This document shows, one piece after another, positions 39,559 through 49,991 of a stretch of 64,000 nucleotides of DNA; within the stretch, counting starts at the first letter, position 1, and every line of letters starts with the position of its first letter. Origin of the DNA: a virus (Duplodnaviria; Heunggongvirae; Uroviricota; Caudoviricetes). The stretch is from the IMG/VR virus record IMGVR_UViG_3300035034_002381, positions 64,001-128,000 of that record. One strand, 5' to 3'. Position numbers and translations under genes: made by a program. A model generated the notes under the pieces. The model saw only the letters and a program-made list of their open reading frames with translations, searched no databases and was not told the DNA's origin.

Positions 39559-42078
39559 ATGATTATTAATCTACAGACATTAACTAAAGACGAAGATATT
39601 GGTAGTATCATTGAAAAACTGAATGCTAATTTTTCACAGATATCTACTTTAGGTGGTGGACCCCAAGGTTTACGAGGTAAACAAGGTCTTCCAGGACTTC
39701 CTGGTTTACGAGGTATTTCAGGGCCGAATGGTGAGAGTGGTAATGATGGAATAATTGTACAATTTATTGGTTCTGATGAAAATTGGGACGTTTTATATGC
39801 TGGAGACCCTAACCAAAATGTCGATGCGTCAAACGCAATTAATCAGGGTTATAATGTAGGAGATATTTGGATTGATAATGCTAATGGAGTTTTTTATGAA
39901 ATTGTAGAAACTACTCCTGGAATTTTTGAATTTGTACCTAGACCTATTTCTCCAGCAGCGCTAAGTTCTGGTGAGTTTTTTGTATCCGATACAAATTCAA
40001 ACAGGGATGCAGATGGTGTAAATAAAGGTGTTAGAAATGCGAATAGATTTGCATCATTTTCTGTAACTTCAACACAAAAAGGTACACCAACAGATCCTGG
40101 CGATACTGCAGAATATGACGAAAATGATTTAACGTTTAGTCAAATTGGTGGATATAATAGATCGGCGTTTAAACTTAGTCTTGATCAATTAACAACATTA
40201 GACCGAGTTAATGCACCATCAAACAACCTTGCTTTCATGCAACAAGAATTTGGTGACTTTTCACCAATTCTATATTTAGGAAGCTCAGACAATCCTGAAA
40301 CTTCTTTAGGATTCTTACATGGTTATTTTAGTAATTTAGAAGGTGACACAAGAATGTTATTACTTTCTGGTAATGATGGTTCAGCAGTACTCTCAACATT
40401 TGGAATCGATACTGATTTCATAGGAGTCGAAAGTAAAAACATGTACTTTTCGTCAAGCTCAAGCTCAGGAATAAATATGTTAAATCCTGCTACACCTGAA
40501 GATTCAGAATTTTGGTTGGCGTACTCATTAAATCCTGGTGTTATACCCGCTGGTACAAGTTCAATCACAAATACTTTCGGTCTTAGATTATTTATAGATA
40601 ACGCGAATACTCGGGGAAATATAGAATTTTATACAGCAGAAGATTCAACAGCAGATAATGCTGCACACGTGATGACTATTAATGGTTTACAAAAGGTAAA
40701 TATTGGTGATACACCAAGTAACATTTTAGAATCAAGATTTTCTGTTCATGCCAAACCAACAGAAGAACATCAAATTGCATGGTTTTTAAATAATCCAGCC
40801 ACCGATGATATTCATTTAGGAATAGGAATTACGATTGATGATACTGATCCATCACCAGAAATTAGACCTATGATTTATAGCGAAACTGGTCTAACAGGAA
40901 CAAAAACTCCTGCACAATTAGTTTTACAACCAGATGGTATATACAAATCTGATTGGGATGATTTCACAGATGAACAAAGAAATGATGGAGAATATGCAGG
41001 TACAGGAGTAGGACACACCGATCCAAAATCAAGACTTTCTATTTCGGGTAATTTGACTGTCGGGAAAAGAAATATTCAAGCACCAGATGAAGGTATGGTT
41101 GTAGAAGGCAATGTTTTGTTTTCTGGTACAGCCTCTGACACATTTGCTTTGAGTGCTTTACCCCTCAACTGGCCACAAGGATTTCAGAGATCGCCAGGAG
41201 TATTCCAAGAACCACCTACCGATAACGCTAAGTTTACTATAGGCCAAAACTTTAAATTTTGGAACTTTTTTACTAATGACTCAGATCCTGGGCAAAATGG
41301 ATTAAGTTACACATTCTTTTTACAAGATGAACAAGCATCTAGAATGATGCTCTCATCATTTACTAAAAAATTAGTATTTGGTATTGAACCGGTATCCTTT
41401 AATTCCGACACTGTATTTAAAGGACAAGATATTGTACTTTCACATGGGGGAAATACAGTATTTGGAATTCCCAATGAATTTCCATACCTAAGTTTATTGG
41501 ATCCTAAACAACGTGTTGCTATAACGAAGAAAAGTGTCAATGCAACTGAAGGATTACAAATAACTGATGGTTCTATAGGATATGAGGCTGATGAAGGATT
41601 TCAATTTAGAACAAATGGAGAAGGTCATGGTCAAATATACATGGGTCAAGATAAGAAAATAGAAATTTTTGTAAGAAAGAATAAGCGTTACGAAATCAAT
41701 AATGATGGCCGTACTACAATTAGACCTACAACAACGATTATTTATCCATTCGAAGAAGTTAAGAAAGGAACCACTTTAAGAATTCAGGGTGATGAATATA
41801 CAGACACTTATAACCAGGAAGTAAATATTGGTGCCATGAATGGCGATGCTATTGCAGGAATGAGCACAGGCGCTGGGTATGTGGGATATAACGCGTTTTA
41901 TGATGATGAAGAAAATGATGTAGTATTTAAAAGTAATCCAGGCGATACAACACCGAATAATGGTGCCGGTGTATTTACCTTTAGTGACTCAATTGGCGGA
42001 TATCATATAGCATGTTCTTATCTTACTACAGAATCAGGTGGTGGAGTAGTAACTACTCCACCAGTTTTAGGAAATTAA
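39559..42078 (+). CDS. Tail fibre-like protein with collagen G-X-Y repeat
   Basis: GPQGLRGKQGLPGLPGLRGISGPNGESGNDG; fibre-like VGIG/GNLTVG segments. Confidence 0.7.
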   Translation: MIINLQTLTKDEDIGSIIEKLNANFSQISTLGGGPQGLRGKQGLPGLPGLRGISGPNGESGNDGIIVQFIGSDENWDVLYAGDPNQNVDASNAINQGYNVGDIWIDNANGVFYEIVETTPGIFEFVPRPISPAALSSGEFFVSDTNSNRDADGVNKGVRNANRFASFSVTSTQKGTPTDPGDTAEYDENDLTFSQIGGYNRSAFKLSLDQLTTLDRVNAPSNNLAFMQQEFGDFSPILYLGSSDNPETSLGFLHGYFSNLEGDTRMLLLSGNDGSAVLSTFGIDTDFIGVESKNMYFSSSSSSGINMLNPATPEDSEFWLAYSLNPGVIPAGTSSITNTFGLRLFIDNANTRGNIEFYTAEDSTADNAAHVMTINGLQKVNIGDTPSNILESRFSVHAKPTEEHQIAWFLNNPATDDIHLGIGITIDDTDPSPEIRPMIYSETGLTGTKTPAQLVLQPDGIYKSDWDDFTDEQRNDGEYAGTGVGHTDPKSRLSISGNLTVGKRNIQAPDEGMVVEGNVLFSGTASDTFALSALPLNWPQGFQRSPGVFQEPPTDNAKFTIGQNFKFWNFFTNDSDPGQNGLSYTFFLQDEQASRMMLSSFTKKLVFGIEPVSFNSDTVFKGQDIVLSHGGNTVFGIPNEFPYLSLLDPKQRVAITKKSVNATEGLQITDGSIGYEADEGFQFRTNGEGHGQIYMGQDKKIEIFVRKNKRYEINNDGRTTIRPTTTIIYPFEEVKKGTTLRIQGDEYTDTYNQEVNIGAMNGDAIAGMSTGAGYVGYNAFYDDEENDVVFKSNPGDTTPNNGAGVFTFSDSIGGYHIACSYLTTESGGGVVTTPPVLGN

Positions 42079-42091
42079 AAATAGAAAATAA

Positions 42092-42640
42092 ATGGCAAGT
42101 AATTTACCAACAACAGAATTAGAAGAAAAAGTAATTTTTAGCGTCGTTCCAGGAAATAATGGAAAGGTAGGAATAAAAAATACCGAACCTACAGAAAGAT
42201 TTGTTGTTAACGATCCTATTAGAAGAAGTTTCAGTATTGGAAATAATTTTACTACATCAGGTACTCCATCAAATGTACAGGAAGCATTTTTTTACGGTGA
42301 AGGAAGTAGATTATATTTACAAGGAAGATTAAACCTTGAATTCAATGAAACATATACGGTCAATGATACTGCTCCAGTGGCGGAAATTCCATCAGGTTAT
42401 AGACCACTTAAAAATTTTAATGTAATTGCCAATTGTTTTTTTGTGGTAGGAGGTTCCGATGTCTGGGTAACCTGTACATTGACTATTAAAACAAACGGAC
42501 AAATAACAGTAAAAAGATTAGGTAGTGGATTAGTATCAACCAACACGTATGTGGGTGTCACTGATTCTTCACCAGCAGCTCCAGGCTCATTTTATGTGGA
42601 GTTTGATAACATTGACTTTATTTACAAACAACCAGTATAA
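42092..42640 (+). CDS. Fibre-associated protein
   Basis: GKVGIKNTEP fibre repeat; EIPSGYRP...LTIKTNGQI distal-domain pattern. Confidence 0.6.
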   Translation: MASNLPTTELEEKVIFSVVPGNNGKVGIKNTEPTERFVVNDPIRRSFSIGNNFTTSGTPSNVQEAFFYGEGSRLYLQGRLNLEFNETYTVNDTAPVAEIPSGYRPLKNFNVIANCFFVVGGSDVWVTCTLTIKTNGQITVKRLGSGLVSTNTYVGVTDSSPAAPGSFYVEFDNIDFIYKQPV

Positions 42641-44649
42641 TGGAAACTTCTAGATACATACAGATAAACGATTGGGCATTACTAGAATATGAATATCTTT
42701 CTGAAGAAATTCAATTAAGTAACGCAAAACCATTTAGAATTGAAAATGCGTATAATGATGAATATGTCTTTGTCAATAATAATATTGCCAAAAATCTTAC
42801 TAACAATATACAGGACAATAGTTCAATCGAAATTAGTACAGTAGGTAATCGGTGGGCATATTTAGATACCGATACTATTATTACTGCAATAGAAAGTGAT
42901 TCTAAGTTAGAATTATTTGATGAAAGTGTAAATTTTAATACTACGATAGATTATGATCGAGTCAAAATTCATATTATCTCTGGATTTAATCTTGAAGGTT
43001 TAGATGGAATAATTGCCAGTATTAAAATCAATGAGTTAAATGGACAAAGGGTATCTTTGGCAAATCATACGTTTTTAACAAGCGATGGTAATTATGAATT
43101 TAATTCGACTCCTTTATTTTTAGGTGAGAAGCTATATGACAAATATATAGAATTCAAAATTCCTGCATTAAGTCAAATACTTGCAGAATTTCAAGCTAAT
43201 CCTACAAATGATGGCTCTTTTGGTTATATTTATTCACATGAAAATCTAGGGTTTCAGTTTGATAGTCTAATAGATTTTACTTTACATGAGATTTCTAACA
43301 CAGAAATTTTAAATGGTAATCGTTTCTTTATTACTGGAGAAAAATATGAGACTTCTTTTTTACCAGCAGATATTTATGGTCTTTTAGGTGCAACAATTCG
43401 AGAAAGTTCTAATGGTGATTATTATGAATATTTTACAACGTTTGATGGCGGATTTGCTGAAAATTATATTGCTAATCTGAATGATTCTGGTGGTCAATGG
43501 GTAATCATTCACCAAATTGAAGTATATGAACAAGTGGGTGCTGAAACTATCAGAACACATAATATGACAGTACTTCAAGAAAATGAATTTGATAAACCCA
43601 ATATTTATCGTCCTGTAATCATTAATGCAGATATTGCCTTTTCTTTTTCTATAGATTATACGATGAGATTTTTAAATAAAGCTGATGGACAGCAAATAAT
43701 TAGAAAGTCATCATTAACTTCACTTGAACCTAAAAAATATGGTAGAGAGATTGAAAGAATCCAAGTATCAAATGGATACAGACCTATTAAAGTCTATAAT
43801 AAAATAGTAAATACTGAGGATAGAACAGCAAAATCATTTTTAGATGCCGCACCTGGAACATTCAAAAATTTAAAAGCAACTAAATATGTTCCAATATTTT
43901 TCAGTAATTCTAACATATCTATTTCAACCATAGGAAAAACCTCCCAAAGATTAGATCAAACTATTTGGGCACAGGGTAAAGCAACTATATTATTAAATGA
44001 ATTTGATAATCGATTGAAATTCAAAGTTTATGATAAAAATATTGACGGAGAATTAGAAAGTCTAGATTTAACAACTAATGCTAAATTACAATTAAGTTTT
44101 ATTATAGATGATCGCTCAAAAATTTATATTGATTCAATAATTTCAAAAGATGTTGATCCAAATGCTGGAGAAATAGAATTTCTAATTCCAGGTGATGTTT
44201 CTGGTAAACTTTTAAGTCAAGAAAACAAAAACTTTTATATTATTTCTGTAGTAGGGAATCAGGAAAGTGAGACTGTGATTTATCAAGGAAAATATGAAAA
44301 CTTTACAAATCGTGATGAAGTCATTACAGAATTAAATCGAGAAGTAGAATCTGCAATCGATCAGAAAATTTTGACTCTTAGAGGTTTAGAAGAAGGTAGA
44401 AATCAATTACAACGTAGTACACCAGAAAAAAGTATCTTAAAGGCTGAAGAGTCTAAACTAAAAAATCAAGATCAATTAGATAATGAATTAGTATCATCAA
44501 CTCGAGTGCGCACACAAGAACAATTACGAGACGGACAAAATGATAAGAATTTTAAGCTTCGTGAAATACCTGGCAGAAGTATTTCTTTATCTTCAGGATT
44601 CAGATCAATAACACCTATTCAAGAAAATGAAAATACTGGAGGCCGATGA
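42640..44649 (+). CDS. Putative virion structural protein
   Basis: Coupled to neighbours; ends the structural block. Confidence 0.5.
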   Translation: METSRYIQINDWALLEYEYLSEEIQLSNAKPFRIENAYNDEYVFVNNNIAKNLTNNIQDNSSIEISTVGNRWAYLDTDTIITAIESDSKLELFDESVNFNTTIDYDRVKIHIISGFNLEGLDGIIASIKINELNGQRVSLANHTFLTSDGNYEFNSTPLFLGEKLYDKYIEFKIPALSQILAEFQANPTNDGSFGYIYSHENLGFQFDSLIDFTLHEISNTEILNGNRFFITGEKYETSFLPADIYGLLGATIRESSNGDYYEYFTTFDGGFAENYIANLNDSGGQWVIIHQIEVYEQVGAETIRTHNMTVLQENEFDKPNIYRPVIINADIAFSFSIDYTMRFLNKADGQQIIRKSSLTSLEPKKYGREIERIQVSNGYRPIKVYNKIVNTEDRTAKSFLDAAPGTFKNLKATKYVPIFFSNSNISISTIGKTSQRLDQTIWAQGKATILLNEFDNRLKFKVYDKNIDGELESLDLTTNAKLQLSFIIDDRSKIYIDSIISKDVDPNAGEIEFLIPGDVSGKLLSQENKNFYIISVVGNQESETVIYQGKYENFTNRDEVITELNREVESAIDQKILTLRGLEEGRNQLQRSTPEKSILKAEESKLKNQDQLDNELVSSTRVRTQEQLRDGQNDKNFKLREIPGRSISLSSGFRSITPIQENENTGGR

Positions 44650-45197
44650 TATTAGGAAGTAAAAATAATAGTTTCAGAGTAACTTTCCCTAAGAATTTCT
44701 TATATCCTCAGATAGAAGAAAAATATTCTAAGTTTATCAAAAAGTTGAATAGCCCATATGAATCTACGATAGATTATTTAAACTCGTCTATACAACAGAT
44801 AACATTCCCTGGCGCCAATACTGAAACTGTTCGCCAAACATTGCATGAAGATCCAGTTCAATGGAAAGCTGGTTATAGAATGGGTATTGAATTTGAAAGA
44901 GAATTCGATATAACATTTAAGAATTATGAAGGATATCTTAATTATTGGATCATGTTTGAACAATTAAGAGAATATCTTGATTATGATCAAAAAGATGAAT
45001 TTATGCCTAATATGTCAATTCAATTTTTAGATTATTCAGGTTATGAATTTGTGTCATTAGAATATAAACAAATTATAATGCGTTCAATTACTGAACTAGA
45101 TTTAAATTATTCTTCTAATACACCAGAATTTCAGACTTTTTCATGTGGATTTTCGTTTAACTATTTTGAGCTTAAGCAAAGACTTGAAAAGAATTGA
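44646..45197 (+). CDS. Tail tube / tube-initiator-like protein (gp19/gp54-like)
   Basis: 183 aa; pattern QQITFPG...FDITF...LDLNYS...FQTFSCGFSFNYF typical of tube folds. Confidence 0.6.
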   Translation: MILGSKNNSFRVTFPKNFLYPQIEEKYSKFIKKLNSPYESTIDYLNSSIQQITFPGANTETVRQTLHEDPVQWKAGYRMGIEFEREFDITFKNYEGYLNYWIMFEQLREYLDYDQKDEFMPNMSIQFLDYSGYEFVSLEYKQIIMRSITELDLNYSSNTPEFQTFSCGFSFNYFELKQRLEKN

Positions 45198-45203
45198 TAT
45201 ATA
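45196..45203 (+). promoter_or_regulatory. GATATATA candidate late promoter
   Basis: Directly before ATG 45208. Confidence 0.45.
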
Positions 45204-45207
45204 AATT

Positions 45208-45546
45208 ATGAAAAGTTATAAAAATTTAATTGGCCATGAATCTGCTATTTTCGAAAGTCACGAAATTGAAGGTTTGACTTTAACTGAGGTTGCCGATGCC
45301 GAACGCATATATGAAGAACTTGAAATTATATACGAAAGTGAAGGACTCGAAGGATTGGCGAGTTTGGATGAAGGATTTTTATCTAAAATTATTGGCGGTG
45401 TTGCCGGATTTGTTATTGGTCCTTCTGTAGGAAAAATTATTGCAAAGGCTCTAGGAATAAATAGGGGTCTTTTGTATGATATGTTAACATCTAGATTAGT
45501 AGGAACTGCGTTAGGATCAGCCCTGACCAAAAACTTACGTAAATGA
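45208..45546 (+). CDS. Small protein with weak leader and glycine-zipper hydrophobic C-half
   Basis: MKSYKNL...IFES; LDE followed by GFLSKIIGGVAGFVIGPSVG. Confidence 0.55.
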   Translation: MKSYKNLIGHESAIFESHEIEGLTLTEVADAERIYEELEIIYESEGLEGLASLDEGFLSKIIGGVAGFVIGPSVGKIIAKALGINRGLLYDMLTSRLVGTALGSALTKNLRK

Positions 45547-46214
45547 TTATATCAATAGATTTTAGTATTCTCTCACCTGGTGTATGTATTTTAGACAATG
45601 ATCAAAAAATACATTTCGCTTGTTTCCCATATAAAGATGTAGTTAAACAACATATTGTAGATTCTTTAAGAGATTCTGGTGTTTACTGTGATATTAGAGA
45701 AAGAAATGAAGATAAATCTAATCTAAATACACAGTCTAGATTTCATACTGAGGAAGCTATCAATCTAGGTAAATTAATGGCCAAATACATTGAAACATTC
45801 GATTACGATAAAGAAAATATTGTAATATTTGAAGGATTCTCGTTCAATTCAGGTGGTAATAGACTTGCGCAAATTTCTGGTTATCAATATCTATCCCGAT
45901 ACTTCTTACTTGATAAATTTTCAAAAATTGATTCTTTGTTTATCTATGCCCCACAATCAGTCAAATCTACTGCCAGAGCTGCCAAGAAAGGAATGGGTAA
46001 AGTCGATATGATTACATCATTTATTGATGATGATAGTTCAATTTTAAAAGGAAATAAATTTCATGAAGATATTTCTGATGATCCGATGAAATTCAAAAAT
46101 ATTCCTACTAAAAGAACAAAAAAGATAGTCTTTCAGAAACCTATTGATGATATTGTTGATTCTTATTGGTTATTAAAAACATATTTCAAAAAGGAAAACT
46201 TTATCCTAAAATAA
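45543..46214 (+). CDS. RuvC-like Holliday junction resolvase
   Basis: ISIDFS, FEGFSF, PQSVK and DDIVDSY RNase H-fold acidic motifs. Confidence 0.8.
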   Translation: MIISIDFSILSPGVCILDNDQKIHFACFPYKDVVKQHIVDSLRDSGVYCDIRERNEDKSNLNTQSRFHTEEAINLGKLMAKYIETFDYDKENIVIFEGFSFNSGGNRLAQISGYQYLSRYFLLDKFSKIDSLFIYAPQSVKSTARAAKKGMGKVDMITSFIDDDSSILKGNKFHEDISDDPMKFKNIPTKRTKKIVFQKPIDDIVDSYWLLKTYFKKENFILK

Positions 46215-46243
46215 GAATATAAATTTAAATCACCAAAAAGTAA
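46195..46243 (+). promoter_or_regulatory. AAAACTTT-N14-ATATAA promoter plus conserved AAATTTAAATCACxAAAAAGTAA leader
   Basis: Near-identical element at 59958-60008. Confidence 0.55.
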
Positions 46244-46401
46244 TGGAAAATAATAAATATAGTTTAAAAACAAAATCTGGAGAAGTTATAAAAAGTCTTT
46301 ATGCTCAGGATTATCAACTTGCTGTAATAAAATTTTCCATTATTAAAAATCTTGAACCTACCAAATTAACCAAAATTTACGATGTCACTATCTCAAATTA
46401 G
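46243..46401 (+). CDS. Small hypothetical protein (52 aa, below ORF-track cutoff)
   Basis: MENNKYSLKTKSGEVIK...ISN*, read directly; follows the promoter element. Confidence 0.55.
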   Translation: MENNKYSLKTKSGEVIKSLYAQDYQLAVIKFSIIKNLEPTKLTKIYDVTISN

Positions 46402-46651
46402 AATAGATTCTAGTATTATCTGTGAAATTTATAATGAATATGCAGAATTGCATAAAGGCGCAGACTCTATTAAAAAACAAATCAAAGCGCTAGAAGATAA
46501 ACTTAGTGAATTTCATTCTAAAACTCAACATATTAGAGAACAAGAAGAATCTTTTTATAACAGTATTTCTAAAAAGTATAATGTTCCAGTCGAAGAAGTC
46601 AAAAAATTTGTCGGGGATGCAATTCTGAGAATTAAAACACATAATGAATAA
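46382..46651 (+). CDS. Coiled-coil hypothetical protein
   Basis: Heptad pattern IKKQIKALEDKLSEF. Confidence 0.5.
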   Translation: MSLSQIRIDSSIICEIYNEYAELHKGADSIKKQIKALEDKLSEFHSKTQHIREQEESFYNSISKKYNVPVEEVKKFVGDAILRIKTHNE

Positions 46652-46997
46652 AGATAATCTAATTATTGCATTAGATCATTACATGCAAAATTTTAAAGAT
46701 TCACTGAATTCTCAAGTAGAATTATATTCTTTAATAGAATCAGCATTTATTGATAAAGAAATTTTCTTTGAAAAAATCAGAGAAGTCGCACTGGAAAACT
46801 ATAAATTCACTAATGATTTTGTAGTTAATGTTGGCCAATTTAAAAAAGTTTATATGGAATGCATACATAATAAGGTAAAATCAGAGTACGATTCTCTAGT
46901 AGATGAAGGTTATATTTCTGTCGAAAATGCAGTAACTATGATGACTCAAAAAGGAAAAAAAGAATTAAAAATACACAAAAATACACAAAACAATTAA
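46644..46997 (+). CDS. Hypothetical protein
   Basis: Packed ORF. Confidence 0.5.
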   Translation: MNKDNLIIALDHYMQNFKDSLNSQVELYSLIESAFIDKEIFFEKIREVALENYKFTNDFVVNVGQFKKVYMECIHNKVKSEYDSLVDEGYISVENAVTMMTQKGKKELKIHKNTQNN

Positions 46998-47005
46998 CAA
47001 AAAAG

Positions 47006-47013
47006 GATATATA
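47006..47013 (+). promoter_or_regulatory. GATATATA candidate late promoter
   Basis: Intergenic, before the gp32-like gene. Confidence 0.5.
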
Positions 47014-47071
47014 ATATCTAATATATTAACAACAGTAACTAGCGCTAATTACTAAAAACTAAAACTAAAAA

Positions 47072-48034
47072 ATGGAAAATCAATTACAAGATTTATTTAA
47101 TCTCTCCGCGGACGATCTAGTCCAAACAAAAAAAACAACAAACACAGATCTTTATAAACCTACTCCTGAAAAAGGAAAGGAAAATGTTTATTCTTCTGTG
47201 ATTCGTTTTATTCCTTGGCACAGTGACGCAAAAAAGTCTATTATGCAAAAATGGACTGCATGGCTAACTGATCCTTTATCTGAAAAGTCACGTTACGTTG
47301 ACTGTCCTTCAAGTGTAGGCAAAGAATCCATATTACGTAATGTATGGAACAAACTTAATTACTCTGATAGTGCTGCTGATCAGCAGTTGGCGAAAGCATT
47401 TTCACGAAGACGTCAGTTTGCATCTTTAATACAAATTATTAAAGATGATAATAATCCTGACTTGGTGGGTAAAATCCTGGTTTATACTTATGGTGTTAAA
47501 ATCCATGACAAAATCCAAGAAAAGCTTAAACCAGAATTTGGTGAGTCTCATAATCCTTTCGATGTCTTTGAAGGTAAAGCATTTCACTTAAAACTTACAA
47601 AAGTTGGTGGTTATAATAACTATGACAGCTGTAAATTTTTAGATAATGGTGCACCGATTATGATCGATGGTCAACCTGCTGTTAAAACAGAAGAAGGAAT
47701 GAAACAAGTTGTCGAATTTCTTAAAACTGAATCTCCAGATCTTGCAAAATATGATTATCAAGAATGGGATGAGCAAACTCACGAGTTTGTAAATAACGTT
47801 GTAAGAAACACTATTCCTGCTGGTCGCAAAATTGCTGGCGTACAGACTGAAAATGTAGGTGCTCCTGCTTCTGCATCAAAGGCTGTTGTTACAGATGATC
47901 CGTTAGGAGACGAGAATGATGCTCCTTTGGAAGATAAGCTACCAAAAATCGAAAATGCAGAATCTGGTGGTTTAGATGATCTAGATGATCTAGAAGATGA
48001 AGATTTCGATGAATCACTTTATGACGACATGTAA
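47072..48034 (+). CDS. Single-stranded DNA-binding protein, T4 gp32-like
   Basis: SVIRFIP, DCPSS, YTYGVKIHDKI, NPFD..EGK.F.LK and YNNYD motifs; acidic C-terminal tail. Confidence 0.9.
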   Translation: MENQLQDLFNLSADDLVQTKKTTNTDLYKPTPEKGKENVYSSVIRFIPWHSDAKKSIMQKWTAWLTDPLSEKSRYVDCPSSVGKESILRNVWNKLNYSDSAADQQLAKAFSRRRQFASLIQIIKDDNNPDLVGKILVYTYGVKIHDKIQEKLKPEFGESHNPFDVFEGKAFHLKLTKVGGYNNYDSCKFLDNGAPIMIDGQPAVKTEEGMKQVVEFLKTESPDLAKYDYQEWDEQTHEFVNNVVRNTIPAGRKIAGVQTENVGAPASASKAVVTDDPLGDENDAPLEDKLPKIENAESGGLDDLDDLEDEDFDESLYDDM

Positions 48035-48036
48035 AA

Positions 48037-49170
48037 ATGTCTGATCCACAAACTAAGAGAACACCAAATTCGGTGTTCTCTTTTTCTCTTGAAGACGAAA
48101 AATCTTACTCTGTAACTGAGTTTGTTGATATTGCACAAACTAAACTTGGTAAAGTATTACGAGAAAGATTTAACGGTCTAACTCCAAAACAGTCAATTAA
48201 AGTAATGACGGACAGGCTTAATTTTGCTTGTCCCTATTGTGGTGATTCCCATGAAAACCCATACAAAAAACGAGGTAATTTATATTTCGAGGGTTTTAAT
48301 TTTCATTGTTTTAATTGTCATGAACATACGTCGTTTGAGTCATTACTTAAAGATTTCGATGAAAAAGTTACACACAACGAACTTTCATTTCTAATTGACC
48401 AGCATGAAAAACATGCAATCGAAAGTTCAGTATCGAAAGTAAATTCTCAGGTATTTTTAGATTCATCAAGTGTGGACATGTGGGCCATAGATAGAAATGA
48501 ACTAATTAAGGTTATGGGTTTTCAAGAAATAAAAGGAAGTTCAATTGAAAAATATCTTCTTAAACGTAACCAAAAAAGATTTCATAAATTTGCCTGGAAT
48601 CCTAATACACAAAAATTGGCCCTTTTTAATCTGAACCCAGATAATACAAAGGTCATAGGAATGCAACTTAGAAATTTTGATAAATCCAAGAAAGGAGAAC
48701 CAAAGTATTTAACGTTTAAATTATCGAAAATCTATGAAGACATTCTAAAATATGAAAGTTTACCTCAAGATTCAAGATTTCAATATGCTGACGAAATCTC
48801 GACAGTCTTTGAATTGTTACATATAGATATTAGTAAAGATATTTATGTATTTGAAGGGCCAATGGATGCTTTTCTTCTAAAAAATGCTGTTGCGTTATGT
48901 ACAGCAGGAAGAGATTTTCCATTTAATCTTCCAGTAAAATGGATTTTTGATGATGATAAAACAGGTCAAAGAGAATCTATTAAAAGAATTAAACAAGGTC
49001 AGCCTGTATTCCTCTGGAAAAAATATATAGAAGAGATACATATTAAAATACATAATAAGTATAAAACTGATTTTAATGATCTTGTGAATATTGCAAAATC
49101 ACAAAATATAAAATTACCTTCGATCAAAAAATACTTTTCGACTGATAAATACGATTTATATTACTTATAA
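48037..49170 (+). CDS. DNA primase, T4 gp61-like
   Basis: CPYCGDS...KKRG...FHCFNC Zn ribbon; TOPRIM VFEGPMDA and FDDD. Confidence 0.85.
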   Translation: MSDPQTKRTPNSVFSFSLEDEKSYSVTEFVDIAQTKLGKVLRERFNGLTPKQSIKVMTDRLNFACPYCGDSHENPYKKRGNLYFEGFNFHCFNCHEHTSFESLLKDFDEKVTHNELSFLIDQHEKHAIESSVSKVNSQVFLDSSSVDMWAIDRNELIKVMGFQEIKGSSIEKYLLKRNQKRFHKFAWNPNTQKLALFNLNPDNTKVIGMQLRNFDKSKKGEPKYLTFKLSKIYEDILKYESLPQDSRFQYADEISTVFELLHIDISKDIYVFEGPMDAFLLKNAVALCTAGRDFPFNLPVKWIFDDDKTGQRESIKRIKQGQPVFLWKKYIEEIHIKIHNKYKTDFNDLVNIAKSQNIKLPSIKKYFSTDKYDLYYL

Positions 49171-49315
49171 AAAAAAATTAAAAGTTATGAATAAATTAGA
49201 AGTTTACGACAGATCCTTTATTAAAAGAATCAAAACATTTACATAATCATTTCATTGGAAAGTATAGCTTAACTGCAAAACCAGATCACATTGAAAGCAC
49301 TATTAAAAGATTAAA

Positions 49316-49531
49316 ATGATGACCGATATTGATATACCAAGCGAAATAGATATGGGACTTTCTGAAGAGGATGATAAAATTAAGACTAGTATTGTAATTA
49401 AGTCTAAAGACTATGAAAAGTCTAATGCCAAAAATTTTACACCTGAACCTCCTAAGAAAAAAACTAACGCAATTGTAATCACTCAATCAAATGGAAGAAG
49501 AAAACATAAAAAATCATCCCCTCTTTTTTGA
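49316..49531 (+). CDS. Small hypothetical protein
   Basis: Packed ORF between primase and the UvsY-like gene. Confidence 0.4.
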   Translation: MMTDIDIPSEIDMGLSEEDDKIKTSIVIKSKDYEKSNAKNFTPEPPKKKTNAIVITQSNGRRKHKKSSPLF

Positions 49532-49991
49532 TAATCCTCCACCTAATGAAGATGATCAAGGAGGAGAAGAAGATTCTTTAAGCATTAGACTTGAAAAAGA
49601 ACGTACAGATCGTATGAAAACTATTCAGGAATTATCTAAAAGAATAAAGGATATTAATTTTATTCATGAACTACAAGTTGATGTTTATTCAGAAAGACAA
49701 AATCTTCTTGAGCGATATCATTATCTATTTACATTATTGGCAAAACAAAATGCTAAGATCAGAGCAAAAAAGAAAAAAAGATTTGAGTATTATGCAAATG
49801 AATATCAATATAATGCGACACCTAAACAAAGAGAAGAAATGATTCGAGTAGATTTAGAATCAGAATATGATGTTCGTGATGAATTGGATAATCAAATGAA
49901 ATATATTAGTGGCTCAATGTCAACTATAGATAATATCATTTTTGGTATAAAACATAGAATAGATGTAGAAGAGTATAGAAGAAGGATGTAA
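49491..49991 (+). CDS. Recombination mediator, UvsY-like
   Basis: All-helical, 166 aa, ending IFGIKHRIDVEEYRR; lies just upstream of uvsW. Confidence 0.55.
   Translation: MEEENIKNHPLFFDNPPPNEDDQGGEEDSLSIRLEKERTDRMKTIQELSKRIKDINFIHELQVDVYSERQNLLERYHYLFTLLAKQNAKIRAKKKKRFEYYANEYQYNATPKQREEMIRVDLESEYDVRDELDNQMKYISGSMSTIDNIIFGIKHRIDVEEYRRRM

Noticed and set aside
39658-39750. Collagen G-X-Y tract as a novelty
   Set aside because: Real, but common in phage fibres; recorded as a feature only.
46971-46995. ATACACAAAA direct repeat
   Set aside because: Two short copies in A-rich DNA at a gene end; expected by chance or local slippage.
49187-49318. Possible 43-aa gene broken by one extra A
   Set aside because: Restoring the frame is possible, but there is no motif or homology support, so it is too speculative to call.
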